A stretch of DNA of 64,000 nucleotides, counting the filler, from Diploschistes diacapsis (lineage: Eukaryota): NCBI GenBank assembly GCA_023645945.1. It is 8 parts of 8 records of this genome, joined end to end, with 100 filler letters (N's around TTAATTAATTAA, not from the genome) between each part and the next. Parts side by side here need not be neighbours in the genome. Positions count along the whole stretch, not along the records: positions 1 to 27,873 come from JALAIB010000158.1; positions 27,974 to 33,227 come from JALAIB010001584.1; positions 33,328 to 38,540 come from JALAIB010001585.1; 5 more parts are not named here. The stretch is one strand, 5' to 3'. How positions within the stretch are numbered: the first letter of the stretch is position 1; every line of letters begins with the position of its first letter. The notes under the pieces are model-generated. The model was not told the DNA's origin and ran no database searches. It saw only the letters and a program-made list of their open reading frames with translations. Positions 27,184 through 38,640 of the stretch are shown one piece after another. A program made the position numbers and the translations under genes.

Positions 27184-27873
27184 TTTTGACTATGGATGCG
27201 TCGAGGGGCACGCGTGATTGTTCAAGGGCAGGGCTCAATCCACGATACAGTAGCACGATTGGCCCTTGAAGTCAGTTGTGAATACTTGACCAGAAGAGCA
27301 GGGAAAAGAACATGGGGTTGGAGCCCATCATTTATAGCTCGTAGTGCAAGCTTGGGATGGGAGAGGGAAATTAATTGGGATGAATGGCTTGCTTCGAGTA
27401 TAATAGAGTGGTATGCGGGGTCTAGGCCTCATTCACCTCACCGCAGAATAAGGGTAGGGTTGTAAAGCCCAGGAAATATAACTAGAAACCCCAGATCTAT
27501 ACCTCATCCGGTGTCATGTCAGTTGAGTGACTCGGCACCTTGGTTCGATAGCCTCGGCTACGGCCTGTCTATCGTCGGAGACTAGGCCTCCGGCGAGAGC
27601 TACAGCTACTGTAAGGCGATGACTTAAGATTTCTCCTGCCTTTGAAAACTGCCGTTCCCTTCTCATTCTTTGACCTTTGGCAGGTATCAATTACAGATCC
27701 TTAGTGAGGTTCCCAAATAGAGAAATCAAAAAGGCCGGGATAAAGAGAAATACTAGGATCTAGAATAGGCGGCTGGCTGGCTAATGGAGTACGGAGTGAG
27801 CTCTCCGAGGAGATGATACGTTGCAGTGTGTGTGGGTGGGGGTCCCACCCTCAACCGGCACAGGCCCCAGGCC

Positions 27874-27973
27874 NNNNNNNNNNNNNNNNNNNNNNNNNNN
27901 NNNNNNNNNNNNNNNNNTTAATTAATTAANNNNNNNNNNNNNNNNNNNNNNNNNNNNNNNNNNNNNNNNNNNN
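27874..27973. other. Artificial contig spacer N44-TTAATTAATTAA-N44 (also at 33228-33327, 38541-38640, 43839-43938, 49136-49235, 54423-54522, 59701-59800)
   Basis: Identical 100-nt spacer containing stop codons in all six frames. Confidence 0.99.
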
Positions 27974-28515
27974 CCCCCAATCACACCAAATTCGACTATC
28001 ACCTCGCATTTGTAACACGTCCATTTAGTTGTCAAGCCCCTGTTCCCCACATGCCGGGCGTGCCTGGCTGCGTCTTGGGAATAGGCACCTCTTCCTAGGC
28101 GCCGCGATAACCAACAACTCTCCTCGAACCCCGAATTTGCTTTACTGCCTGCAGCTCCGTCTTCTCGCCCCGATTCTGCTTTGGCCCTTAGGAGTTCAGG
28201 GTCTTTGATGACGGATCTAGAGAGCAATTGGCTTCCTTCCTGGCTCTGGGTCAGGGTACTCTTCGGGGTATGTACGCAGATCACCCTAGCCTCTATTGCC
28301 AGTTTCCCCTTTCACTTTGCAGAATCTTTTGCCTTGACAAAAACTTAAATCATTCGTTCAAAGTATTGTTTGCGATTGTTCATTTTGGAACTCATCCGAC
28401 CAGTACTTGCATGCGATGCCATTCAGCGATTGCTGGAATTCATCGTCCGATATCGCTGCGCAACTGGGTGGAAGGCTGACAAGTACCACACGCAGCCTGA
28501 GGGTGGCTCTCCGCT

Positions 28516-31500
28516 ATGTCCGTAGGACAGCTGGCCCGCCATCGCCCGACGTCTTCGGGAAGCAGATCGCATCCTCGATCCACGACTCCTTCAGATGTAC
28601 TGGACGCCTATCCTGAGCCAGAATTCCAGCCATGCGTCGCCACTGCGTCCACGTTTCTCTTTGCTCAGGGGAAGCGGATTCTTTGCCTCCACCATGGCTC
28701 GCTAGCGATAGAACGGCGATTCGAGAAGCATAGAGCACCCGTCCTATTGTTGTCGGTGGATAATGTTAGCGAACGAGGGCAAGGAAGGCTAGTGGCCAGT
28801 TACGATGCGGAACAGGTTGCAATAATATGGGATCTGTCCACGGGGGATGAGCTGAGCCGATTCTCATCGTTCCAACCTCTGAAGGTCGCTGCGTGGATGA
28901 AGAATGGGAACGTTGCATTTGGTACGTGATACCAGCGAAAGGGAAGGGCTCAGAATCTAATCTTTCATAGGCAACGACCGAGGAGAAGTCATAATCTTCG
29001 AGCCCGCTACCAAAGAGCATGAGTCTGCCAGAACGATTTACGATCCTATCACGGCGATAGCACCAGGCGCGGATTGCCAGACTTTTGCCATAGGGTAAGA
29101 GGTCTTTCCAATCATTCGAGTGTTTCTCTTACTTTTACAGGTACAAAAATGGCTCCATCCTTATTGCGTCTCTACTGCCGTCTTTTACTATACTACATAC
29201 TTTATCGACATCAGTCGCTCCAACGCCAATTATCGGTTTGGCTTGGCATGCGTCTTCGTCCAAGCAAAGGTCTGACATGCTAGCCGTGCAAATGGCCAGC
29301 GGGGATCTCAGAGTATGGAGTATTGCTAAACCTGCAGGTGCGGACACTCCAAGAGCGATTCGCAACCTCGAGCGCGGCGATACTGTAGAACCTGGTCTGA
29401 ACTGGATAGCCTGGTCAAAGAACGGTCGCATCATCCAGTTCTCGCAAGGGCAAGTGAAGGCTGCTGCTCCCTTTTTTCGTAAGCGAAGCTAACATCATAA
29501 AGTGAAACGTGGGCTTGGGATGTGAGGAACAAGCATGTTGCGTACGAGCCCATACCCACTGTAGAGGGAGTTACTGGACTTGCCAACCACGGACCAAGTG
29601 CAGCTCTCTTTACCCTCGGACCAAATCACACCGTCCAGCAATATTCATTGAGCCCTCCCGCTCTAATCAAACACGTCCGACATGACCCGAATACGCCGGC
29701 GTCTTTAAACACGGCACCGAAGATAGTCCATAAACTGATCCCCGGAGCCGCTCCTCCTGTTCCGGTGTATATGGGCTATGATCCTCGCGGACCGCCTTCG
29801 CTATCCGCGATTCAGAGGGCGAACGATGTGCATGCCGCTGAACATGCACGGCAGATGCGTGCGGGTATGGGGAGTCCTCTCTCCTCCTCGAGCAGAACAG
29901 AGTCTATTGACTCAAGATCGATTGATTCCATGTCCTCGGCAGGTTATCGAGATCGAGCCCCATCCGTGGCCTCGCACGCCGCCAGCGGCACTACCTTCTC
30001 GACTGTTTCTCCATCGTATGTTGCTAGAGACAGTACTGCCTCTCCCTTGTGGCCACAAACAGCTTCCGTTGCTTCCTCGGGTCGAAGGTCGAAGAGCTCT
30101 CGTTTACGGCATGAGGTCTTAAGGAGCCCAGAAGGAAACCTGGTTGATCTTTTTCCTTATACGCGTGCGCGATTGGCAAGCTTGCCTTATGCCCCGCGAA
30201 ACTCCAATCTGGACCAAAGTACAGCCTCGCCTACGGAGCTGCGACGCCAGATGTTGAGGGTTGTGTTTGGTTGGGACGGCGATATCGGGGAAATGGTCCG
30301 GGATGAGCTCAACCGGCATCCAGCAGGTTCGATGAACGCAACATTACTGGGTAAGTGGCTTGGTGAAATGAGTATGGACTTTAGTAGCATGATGGGATCC
30401 GATTCAGTCACGTCGGCTGATTGGATGATGCTCGCACTGTCGAGCATGGGAGGTCAAGGAGAAGTAGCCAAACAGATCGGTCGCAATTTCACGCAAAAGC
30501 TATTGCAGCAAGGCGACATCCACACCGCGGCAACAGTACTACTGGGTATGAAAGATCTCGATGAAGCAGTTGACGTTTACATCGGTCGCAATTATTTTAT
30601 GGAGGGTATTCTCCTTACGTGCCTGTTATTCCCGGAGGACTGGCAGCGGCAGGCTCAACTGGTCAGAAGGTGGGGCGAGTACGTGGTCGAGAACTCGCAG
30701 CAGCATCTAGCTATCAGATGCTTCTCATGTACTGGAACAGATACCTCAATCCCGTGGGCCTCGCCAACGCAGTCTCCCTTTGCTGGATCACATGCGCATC
30801 CAGCTGCTCCTCAAACTCTCAGTCCACCGACCTCGCCGCCGCCCGCGGACAAGCCGGGCATGACCCGCATAACCCCCAAAACCTCCTCTCTTAAGCTCAT
30901 TACTTCCTTCGGGCCAAATGAAAACCAAAGCTTCAGGTTTCCTGGACTTAAGACGGATGACCGGACTCCCACAAACGCTCCCGGCGTAACTCCAATCGCC
31001 GAATCCGCGCTTTCGCCAGGCGGAACTCCAAGCAGCTACCTGCGGCCTCCGCTGCGTGGAAAGCCAGCCGGTGGTCATACCAAACATCGCTTGCCTTCGA
31101 TTGGGGAAACCCCAATTGACGTGAATCCTCCTCAATTCCCACTACTGCGTGCAAATAGCTTGCCAACTCCTGACAACTCTGGGTCCGAGAAGGAAAGGGA
31201 ACCGAAGCTTAGTATCATTACCACCCCTGATCCTGGGAAGGTAATAGAAGCTGGACCTTTAACCTTGTCATCAGCTAGATATGATCCCAAGGAAGCTGCC
31301 ACTCCCAAACACGAAACTCCTCAAACGGCTGTTCCGAAGACTGCGTTGAGGACGAACTTGCTTCCGAGTCCAGCCATCCACACGATCAACCCCACTCAAG
31401 AGAAGGCTAGAACAAGAAACGGATCCAGGGACCGTAAGCCAATGGGGCTGCACATCCAGATGCCCACCCTGGAGCAGCTAAATCTGAATGCTATAGCTAC

Positions 31501-33227
31501 TGGCTCAGATGGCACAACACCTATATCCGGTCGCCGCAAATCCAACTCGTCTTCTCTGCATTCCGGATCAAGCAGGGACGTACGAGGTGAGTTGATAAGC
31601 CCGCCGGTAACGGGTCAGAGTTGGACGAGCTCCACGAAAAGCCCGAGCATTAGTGGTAGAAGCATGGATCCTTATATTAGTAGTCTAGAGGAAGCGCAGT
31701 ACCGCTCTCAGAAGCAGAAAGTCCGGAGCCACCGCAGTCGAGAAGGCCGCTCAGGCGAGCACAAGTCTAGGAGCAAAGTTAGGCACAGGCAGCCCTCTGA
31801 AGACCGCGATCGTGGGAGGAGTGGAAACAGATACATCAAACCAGCGAAGCGCTCACCATCCTCACCAGTCCCGATGTCTCCCGAAGATCTCCAACAGTAC
31901 AGGGACCAGCACAGCCAAAGTTTGGACTCGATGGTCTCGCGCGACTCCAGTCCCGAAACCGGCCCAAGGGTTCAAAGTGCTCGTAGGAAGGCTGCATCCA
32001 AGAATCGGTCTCGCTCGAAGATTTCCGAACGCTCGCACGCTTCCCACATCACTGCTAGACGAGCTTCCCCTGGCAATTTCGATCCCGAAATCAGGGTTGG
32101 AAGTCGGCGAGGCAGTCCCGATAGACTTTTGAGTCCTATTGACTGTCGCGGAAGAAGTCAATCAAAGAATGGAGGGTCTGTTGCACGGTCGCCATCGTCG
32201 CCTCTCCCGATGTCGCCACAAGCCAAGCTGTACCAACCTACAGCGGATGATGAGAATGAGAGTGATCCCCTCAAGTTGGTGGAACAAAATCGCCAGCGTT
32301 TACGATCCAGGCAGAGAAGCTCAAGCAGAAAGCCGCGCGAGCGGGGAACTTCTTCGCGAAGAGATCCATCTCCAGACCGACGCCGATTCCCCGATGACGG
32401 GCCCCAGCTGCCCCTGGGTGATTCTCGTAAAGACTCGCCCAGATTCTCTGATTTCGAAAGGGCTGCCTCTGATGGTCCGTCCGACTCTGCCTTGAAACGT
32501 ACAAAATCGCATAGGTCTCTAAAGAAGGAGATGGCAGCTCGTGAACTTGAAGCCCGTCGAGAGTCGCTGCACGCTCGTACGATGGGCGTTTTTATGCCGC
32601 CTTCAGCGTCACATGGAAGACCCGTCATGCCTGCAAGAACGCACTCAGACCTCACCCCCGCAGTCACCAATCCAGGCGAGTGGAAGGGAATGACTTCTCC
32701 AGAATCGACACACTCTGTCCACAGCTTTAGCGGGGCCTCCATGTCTTCGATAGAGCATCTGCCTGATCGAGCTGCAAGTGTTGGTCCATATGGGTTGCCT
32801 TCCACGCCTCGTGCAATGAAGCACCCTCGATACAACCCAAGGGATGAGAATGTTCCTGCCATTCCCATGGTCCCTGAAATTCCTGACGAATTCTATGCCA
32901 CTGGACAACCCATGCACGAGCTTCCAAGATCGATGTCGGCGCCGGTACCGGAGCCGGAATCGACAATTCCGTTCGACATGCCTATGCACCCTGCCTTCCA
33001 GCGCGGCATACGGCCAAGTATGAAGAGGCCAAATTTCGCTCCCTTGGACAGCATTGGCAGGACACGGCAACGCTCTCCTTCGATCGATGCAGGTAACTCC
33101 GCAATGCTCGCTAGTATTGGCGAGACTTTGCATGACATCGCAGAGGTGCCCGTAATTGATGTTCCAGAATCAGCCAATCCCTCCCCTGGGGTCATTCCTG
33201 AGCTTCAGCACTTGGCCTCTCCACCCC
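28516..33227 (+). CDS. WD40-repeat protein with central helical (Gemin5-like TPR) region and long Ser/Arg-rich disordered tail; 3'-truncated
   Basis: N-terminal exons with IIWDL, LRVWS and WAWD WD-like ends; helical segment GDIHTAATVLLG...HLAIRCF; runs into spacer. Confidence 0.7.
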
Positions 33228-33327
33228 NNNNNNNNNNNNNNNNNNNNNNNNNNNNNNNNNNNNNNNNNNNNTTAATTAATTAANNNNNNNNNNNNNNNNN
33301 NNNNNNNNNNNNNNNNNNNNNNNNNNN

Positions 33328-33830
33328 TAATAGGTAGCGCTATCCCACTGAGCCAAAAGACTAACCACAATGCTTTCAGGAACCCCGAAGCACTGTTTCC
33401 CTATTACACTATATGTAGGTGCGTGGCTGTGGCAGTAGGCGGCAGATGTGTAACCCCGCAGGCCTTACAAATTTTAAAGCCTATAGATCATTGTTAGAAA
33501 TATATTTTAATAATACTGAATTATCCCGATGCGAGACGGTCATAATTAAATAAAACTAAAAGAAGATGAAAATCGCAATATAAGGTGGTTAAGCTTTGTT
33601 GGTGGCCGAGTTCCCCGTCAAACACTTCAGTTAAAAAAAACTGAAAATTAATTTAATTGAATCAATTTGAAGAGAAAAATTGTGGGTATCAAATGTTATC
33701 ACATATAAATATTTTTTTGTAATAAACGAATTCACTTTAGATCGATATAATTTATAAAATGCTAGCGGTATATATTTATAGTATCTGAATTCTACGGGTG
33801 GCCGAGTATTCCGTTAAACACGTTACTCAA
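33328..33830. mobile_element. AT-rich degenerate DNA-transposon relic with two Fot1/pogo-like terminal repeat copies (33601-33625, 33796-33823)
   Basis: Reverse complements resemble the ACGTGTTTGACGGGG..CGGCCACC termini seen at 48371 and 48972; TA flank at 33824-33825. Confidence 0.6.
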
Positions 33831-34002
33831 TACCACAGAGCAGCATGTTACGAGCACGTTGGGGTAATCAACTAGCTGTTGGTTCACGCGCATCAAGAAT
33901 GATTCACTAATTTCTGGTGTCGAATTCCCCTTTCCCGACACTCACTAGAGAATGTCCCGAACTTTGGCAGAGATATTGCGTTATAGTCTATCTACCAAAC
34001 AT

Positions 34003-35460
34003 TCATAGTCTTGCGGAACGCGCTAACGTTTTCCCATAAAGCCAAGCTGCAAACTTTACGCTGGGCTCGTCGAAAATTTTAGTGACCAACTCTGCAACCC
34101 AAAGAGTAGTTGGTAATAAGATGATGTGCGGGAGCAGGAAACTGATCTCCAGGCCAAGTGGTCCAATCCTGGGAAGTGGTACTTGATTGTACCACCGAGG
34201 CAGGCCATTGTTGTGGGACTCTTTTGGCCAGCCAACAGTCGTGTAGACTCTGTCGCCAAGAGTCCATAAAATGGGCCCGTGTACAAGATACAGTGCAAAG
34301 GAAATGCGACCCAGGTACTGGTTAAATCGCATCTCGAAAAAGCGCTTGAGCGATGGAATGTGTTGCACTGATGCCACAAGCGATGTAGCAGCCCAAAACA
34401 AAAAGAACCATTTATAGTCAAAGACGGCTTGCGGCTTAAGGAGCGATAGATAGTGCCAGCCAGGCGACGCCTTCAGTATAGCAATGTCAGAATTTTGCGA
34501 CGGCACCCCCCCTAGGTACACGCTGATGACGAGCAGATTGTAGAAGATCAGCTCCTTGAAGGCGTCAAACCTGCAGAAAAAGCGAGGCGTATCGTCACTT
34601 GCCGCAAGCAGGTCCAAATCGCAAAGGAGCATGCCCGCGATAAACATGGCGCAGAACCATCCATCGGCGATGTACATGAAATAAAAGGCGAGCGCTGCTT
34701 GACACAACAGCCGTGCATTCTTTGTGCATCTTGAAAGTGCCAACAGTACTGTGTATATGACAACAGAGCCTTTGAACTCGACGGGTATTGACCAAAGATG
34801 GACATTGTAAGAGAACCATGGCTCTCCGCCCGTTCTGAAAACAAAACTGAAGTTCTTGAACTCGGTATACCACTTCCAAACCTCAGCCCCATAATTAGGC
34901 TCCGGCTTTGAAGCTGCTGACCATATGCCAAGAGCGTGCCAGCAAGTCAAAAAAAGGAAAGTGGTGCAAATGAACGGGATATAGAGTCTCAGCCAACGCC
35001 TGAATAGTGCGGAGCCCAAATTATCTCCAAGCTTCACATGATCGCCTGCTTGTATTAGTGATAACGGTTTCGTCGATAGCACATAGCCTGAGATAACATA
35101 AAATACAGAAACTGCGAAATGGCCACCAGTGAAAAGGGTTCGAATCCCGGTAAAGCAAGCAAAGTTGTATTTTTCCTCGTACCCGAAGGCATTCTCAAGT
35201 ATTGAGTTCTCTCCTGTCGCGTCGTGTGCCCACAGCTGGTGATGATGCCAGTACACTAGGAACGCTGCAAATCCCCTCAGGCCATCAAGGTAAGCCGTAC
35301 GCCGCAGAGGCTTGTGCAGCGATTCAGTCCTCTTCAAGACCAGAGGTCTAAAGAAGTCGAGATTCCATCTCAACGTGCGCGTATAGGACGATAAACTGGG
35401 CTCCGGGTTTATGTCTTCCCAGTATCCATCCTCCAGCACCCCTTTATGCTTGCTGGACAT
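34003..35460 (-). CDS. Acyltransferase family 3 (multi-TM O-acyltransferase), intronless
   Basis: TAYLDGLRGFAA, GHFAVSVFYVISGYVL, RRWLRLY, HLWSIPVEF, YLGRISFALYLVH, DEPS. Confidence 0.92.
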   Translation of the reverse strand: MSSKHKGVLEDGYWEDINPEPSLSSYTRTLRWNLDFFRPLVLKRTESLHKPLRRTAYLDGLRGFAAFLVYWHHHQLWAHDATGENSILENAFGYEEKYNFACFTGIRTLFTGGHFAVSVFYVISGYVLSTKPLSLIQAGDHVKLGDNLGSALFRRWLRLYIPFICTTFLFLTCWHALGIWSAASKPEPNYGAEVWKWYTEFKNFSFVFRTGGEPWFSYNVHLWSIPVEFKGSVVIYTVLLALSRCTKNARLLCQAALAFYFMYIADGWFCAMFIAGMLLCDLDLLAASDDTPRFFCRFDAFKELIFYNLLVISVYLGGVPSQNSDIAILKASPGWHYLSLLKPQAVFDYKWFFLFWAATSLVASVQHIPSLKRFFEMRFNQYLGRISFALYLVHGPILWTLGDRVYTTVGWPKESHNNGLPRWYNQVPLPRIGPLGLEISFLLPHIILLPTTLWVAELVTKIFDEPSVKFAAWLYGKTLARSARL

Positions 35461-36661
35461 GTGAGCTTTCTAATAGCCTAGCTCTTGCGCCATGCATTCA
35501 ACTGCATCCACATCAATAGTTGCGTCTCCTGTTTGTGAAAGAATAATGCAATCAGAAGCGTTGGGGGGGATGAGGCAGGGCGATACACCGGTGTCTGGAA
35601 AGGAACCAACTTGGAGCTGAGTGAAAAACGAACATAAGATCGGTGCGATAGGATGTAGATAGGAAAACGAACCTGTCCTTGGACTACTGTCATCGCAATG
35701 GCGAAACCGGAGGGGTGGTATCTCGCCGTACCCGACCTCGAACTTTGGTTTATCGCTCCCCTGAAATCGAAATAAAGCCGGTGTCACGACCGCTGGTTGG
35801 CTGCACGGAGGCGGACCGTTGATGGTGTGCGGGGGGAAAAGATGGTGACTAAGGTCCAATCGTAATGATCAATATTCGTCTATCTCCGATGTACGAAGTG
35901 ACCCCTAGAATAAAGGTTAGCGCCGAGCTAGTTGGCGCCACACAAGCAGGTATCTTTTACCAAGATATCTTCCGTGAGAGGACACGTTGAGCTTTTCTTT
36001 GTAGTGCAAAAACACCCCTGCTTGTGTGTGTTATGCACGAGAATGTTGCTTTATACATGTGATCCGGTCGCGTTGATGATTTCAAGGCTGGGAAGGGTGG
36101 TGTGTGCATTAGATACTGCTCCGTGCCGGCATTGAAAGAGAGGAGCGGCAATAAAGTGCAGATAAGGCACATGGAGGAGAGTTAGTGTCAGCAGCATAGA
36201 ATTTTCCGTAAAGGGTAGCCTCAGCCCGAGCGGCCAATTGTATGCTGCGGTTTCTCTTCGCGTGCATTTTGACCGGGGTTTCGTATGTCGTATTTTATGA
36301 CATCACACCTTGTAGCCCGAGCATGCCCCTAGCATTGGACTATTTCAACGCAGACTGAGTGCGGCGCTTTTACTGCCAATCCATCCACAAGTCAGAACTA
36401 GCCCCGGGATCCTTTATTTGATACAGCGAAATGGTACATGATATCGTTTTTTGATGCCCCCCTATCGGCTTTTCCCACCTACTTGGACAATGGGAGTAGC
36501 CGAGGTCGAAAGGGACCACGCAGGCCCGTGCTACCAATAATCTAGGTACATCAAGGTTTTTGGTAGATGTATGTGCGTTTCATGCCTCTTTATAGTTCTT
36601 TGAGCGGTATCCTTATCTGGAAAACTCATTTGCTTGAAGAATGCATGCATCAACTTCCCAG

Positions 36662-37852
36662 ATGAGAGGCCGCTTAACCAAGCAAATCCAGCGAGCGCTC
36701 CCCGTCTACATTGCATGTATAGTGCTTGTGATTGTCCTCGCCAATGCCGACTCCCTCAGTTCTTCCATCAAAGATGCTAACTTAGTAAGGCGCGACATAT
36801 TATCTCGGTCAGTGTCTCGATATGGTACGAAGTTTCCCAAAAAGATATGGCAAACGTGGAAGGTCGACCCTCTTGGTTTCGAAGAACGAGATTTAGCGTG
36901 TGCCAGAACATGGACTTCTAAGAATCCGGGCCATAGATATGAAGTTCTGACAGACTACAATGACCTGCAATACGTGGAGACACACTATGGTCCCACTGGA
37001 TTCAATCGACCGGACATTGTTAAAATGTACCGCACGCTCAATGCAACGATTGTGAAGGCGGATCTGCTGAGGTATCTCGTCATGTATGCAGAAGGTGGCA
37101 TGTACGTTGATATAGATGTCGAGGACTTGAAGCCTATTGAAAGGTTCATCCCGGAGCGGTATGACGAGACAAGCGTGGACATGCTGATAGGCGTTGAAAT
37201 TGACCAGCCTGAATTCAGCAACCATTCCATCCTGGGCAAGAAATCACAATCCTTCTGCCAGTGGACTTTCATGTGTAAACCCAGACTCCCGGTCATGTTG
37301 AGGCTTGTCGAGAACATCATGGCATGGCTAAACGACATTGCAAAACAGCAAAAGGTACCAGTCTCGGAGATTGTGCTTGACTTTGACGAGGTGATAAGTG
37401 GCACTGGTCCCTCAGCCTTCACCGCCGCCATACTGGCCGACATCAGTGCCAGGACTGGCCACAGCGTTGACTGGGGAACCTTCCACAACTTAGGCGAGTC
37501 GAAGCTTGTTGCCGGCGTCCTTGTTCTTACGGTGGAAGCGTTCGCAGCAGGCCAAGGGCATTCAGACTCTGGGAACCACAACGCCAGAACTGCACTCGTA
37601 AAGCATCATTATCATGCTTCTCAGTGGCCAACAAAACATCCCCGATACACTCATCCGGTATATGGCGAAGTAGAGAAGTGCAACTGGGTGGTTGAGTGTG
37701 TGAAGAAATGGGACGAAGACGTGGCGGCCTTCAAGGTCATGCCTCCAGAAGAGCAAGCCAAACTGATAGCCTTCAAGAAAGCTGCAGACCAGGCTGCGGA
37801 GCAGCAGCAACAGCAGCAACCCGTTTTCAACGCGCCATTAGTGTTTCCTTAA
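36662..37852 (+). CDS. Glycosyltransferase family 32 (Och1-like alpha-mannosyltransferase), intronless
   Basis: N-terminal TM anchor, FPKKIWQTW, KADLLRYL, EGGMYVDID (DxD), FCQWT, TGPSAFT, VKHHY. Confidence 0.92.
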   Translation: MRGRLTKQIQRALPVYIACIVLVIVLANADSLSSSIKDANLVRRDILSRSVSRYGTKFPKKIWQTWKVDPLGFEERDLACARTWTSKNPGHRYEVLTDYNDLQYVETHYGPTGFNRPDIVKMYRTLNATIVKADLLRYLVMYAEGGMYVDIDVEDLKPIERFIPERYDETSVDMLIGVEIDQPEFSNHSILGKKSQSFCQWTFMCKPRLPVMLRLVENIMAWLNDIAKQQKVPVSEIVLDFDEVISGTGPSAFTAAILADISARTGHSVDWGTFHNLGESKLVAGVLVLTVEAFAAGQGHSDSGNHNARTALVKHHYHASQWPTKHPRYTHPVYGEVEKCNWVVECVKKWDEDVAAFKVMPPEEQAKLIAFKKAADQAAEQQQQQQPVFNAPLVFP

Positions 37853-38640
37853 CGCGCTGAATTGGATGCAGATTCGGGTGAAACGCGCAGGTGTCGGAAT
37901 GGGCTTGCGCACATCGCAAAAGGAGCTACAACCACGCTCGAGAAGTGAAGCACGGTGGAGCACCATTAAGGGGTAGCGAAGGATTTCGGCGCCGTCGAAG
38001 AGCTTCGAGAAGGTTAATATTTTTCCTCCACCGGGTATTTGACATTCAGATGATAGCTGCCGTCTGATGGAGCACCATACCGGTCACTAATCTTGTTTGT
38101 AAAATGAACATATAGATACTCTGTACTAGAAGCATTAGAACAGGTAATTTGGTCACAAGTTCTGTTGCATGTCGGGCAATAGTACATAAATACCTCCGGG
38201 TACTCAATAGAAACAGCAGAAATTATAAGCAACCTAGGAGAAGAAAAAATAGTAATGATGGTTTAATTACGGTGGCTTAATAGGCAAACCGCCATATCTT
38301 GGATTAATGGCAGCAAAGTCGAATAAGGAAGAAGATTAATATCATGTGTTAGTAATTAGCCTTTAGGTTCCTAAGCGAAGCAGTAAGTATTTAGTAAAAA
38401 ATCTAGGCTTAAAAAACTTGGTAGGTTCGTTGAGGGTTGCACCCCCAAAACCCTGCTTTTTTTAATTGTGGGGATTGCATCCCCACACCCCTGCTTTTGG
38501 AATTTACCTGAATATTTAAATACCTGAATAAGTTTAATAANNNNNNNNNNNNNNNNNNNNNNNNNNNNNNNNNNNNNNNNNNNNTTAATTAATTAANNNN
38601 NNNNNNNNNNNNNNNNNNNNNNNNNNNNNNNNNNNNNNNN

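Noticed and set aside
27400..27600. CGG triplets and SYGGRG sites upstream of the maltose permease
   Set aside because: Spacing does not match CGG-N8-CGG and such short motifs are frequent by chance
27918..27929. Regularly spaced TTAATTAATTAA repeats
   Set aside because: Synthetic six-frame stop linker, not a biological repeat or CRISPR array
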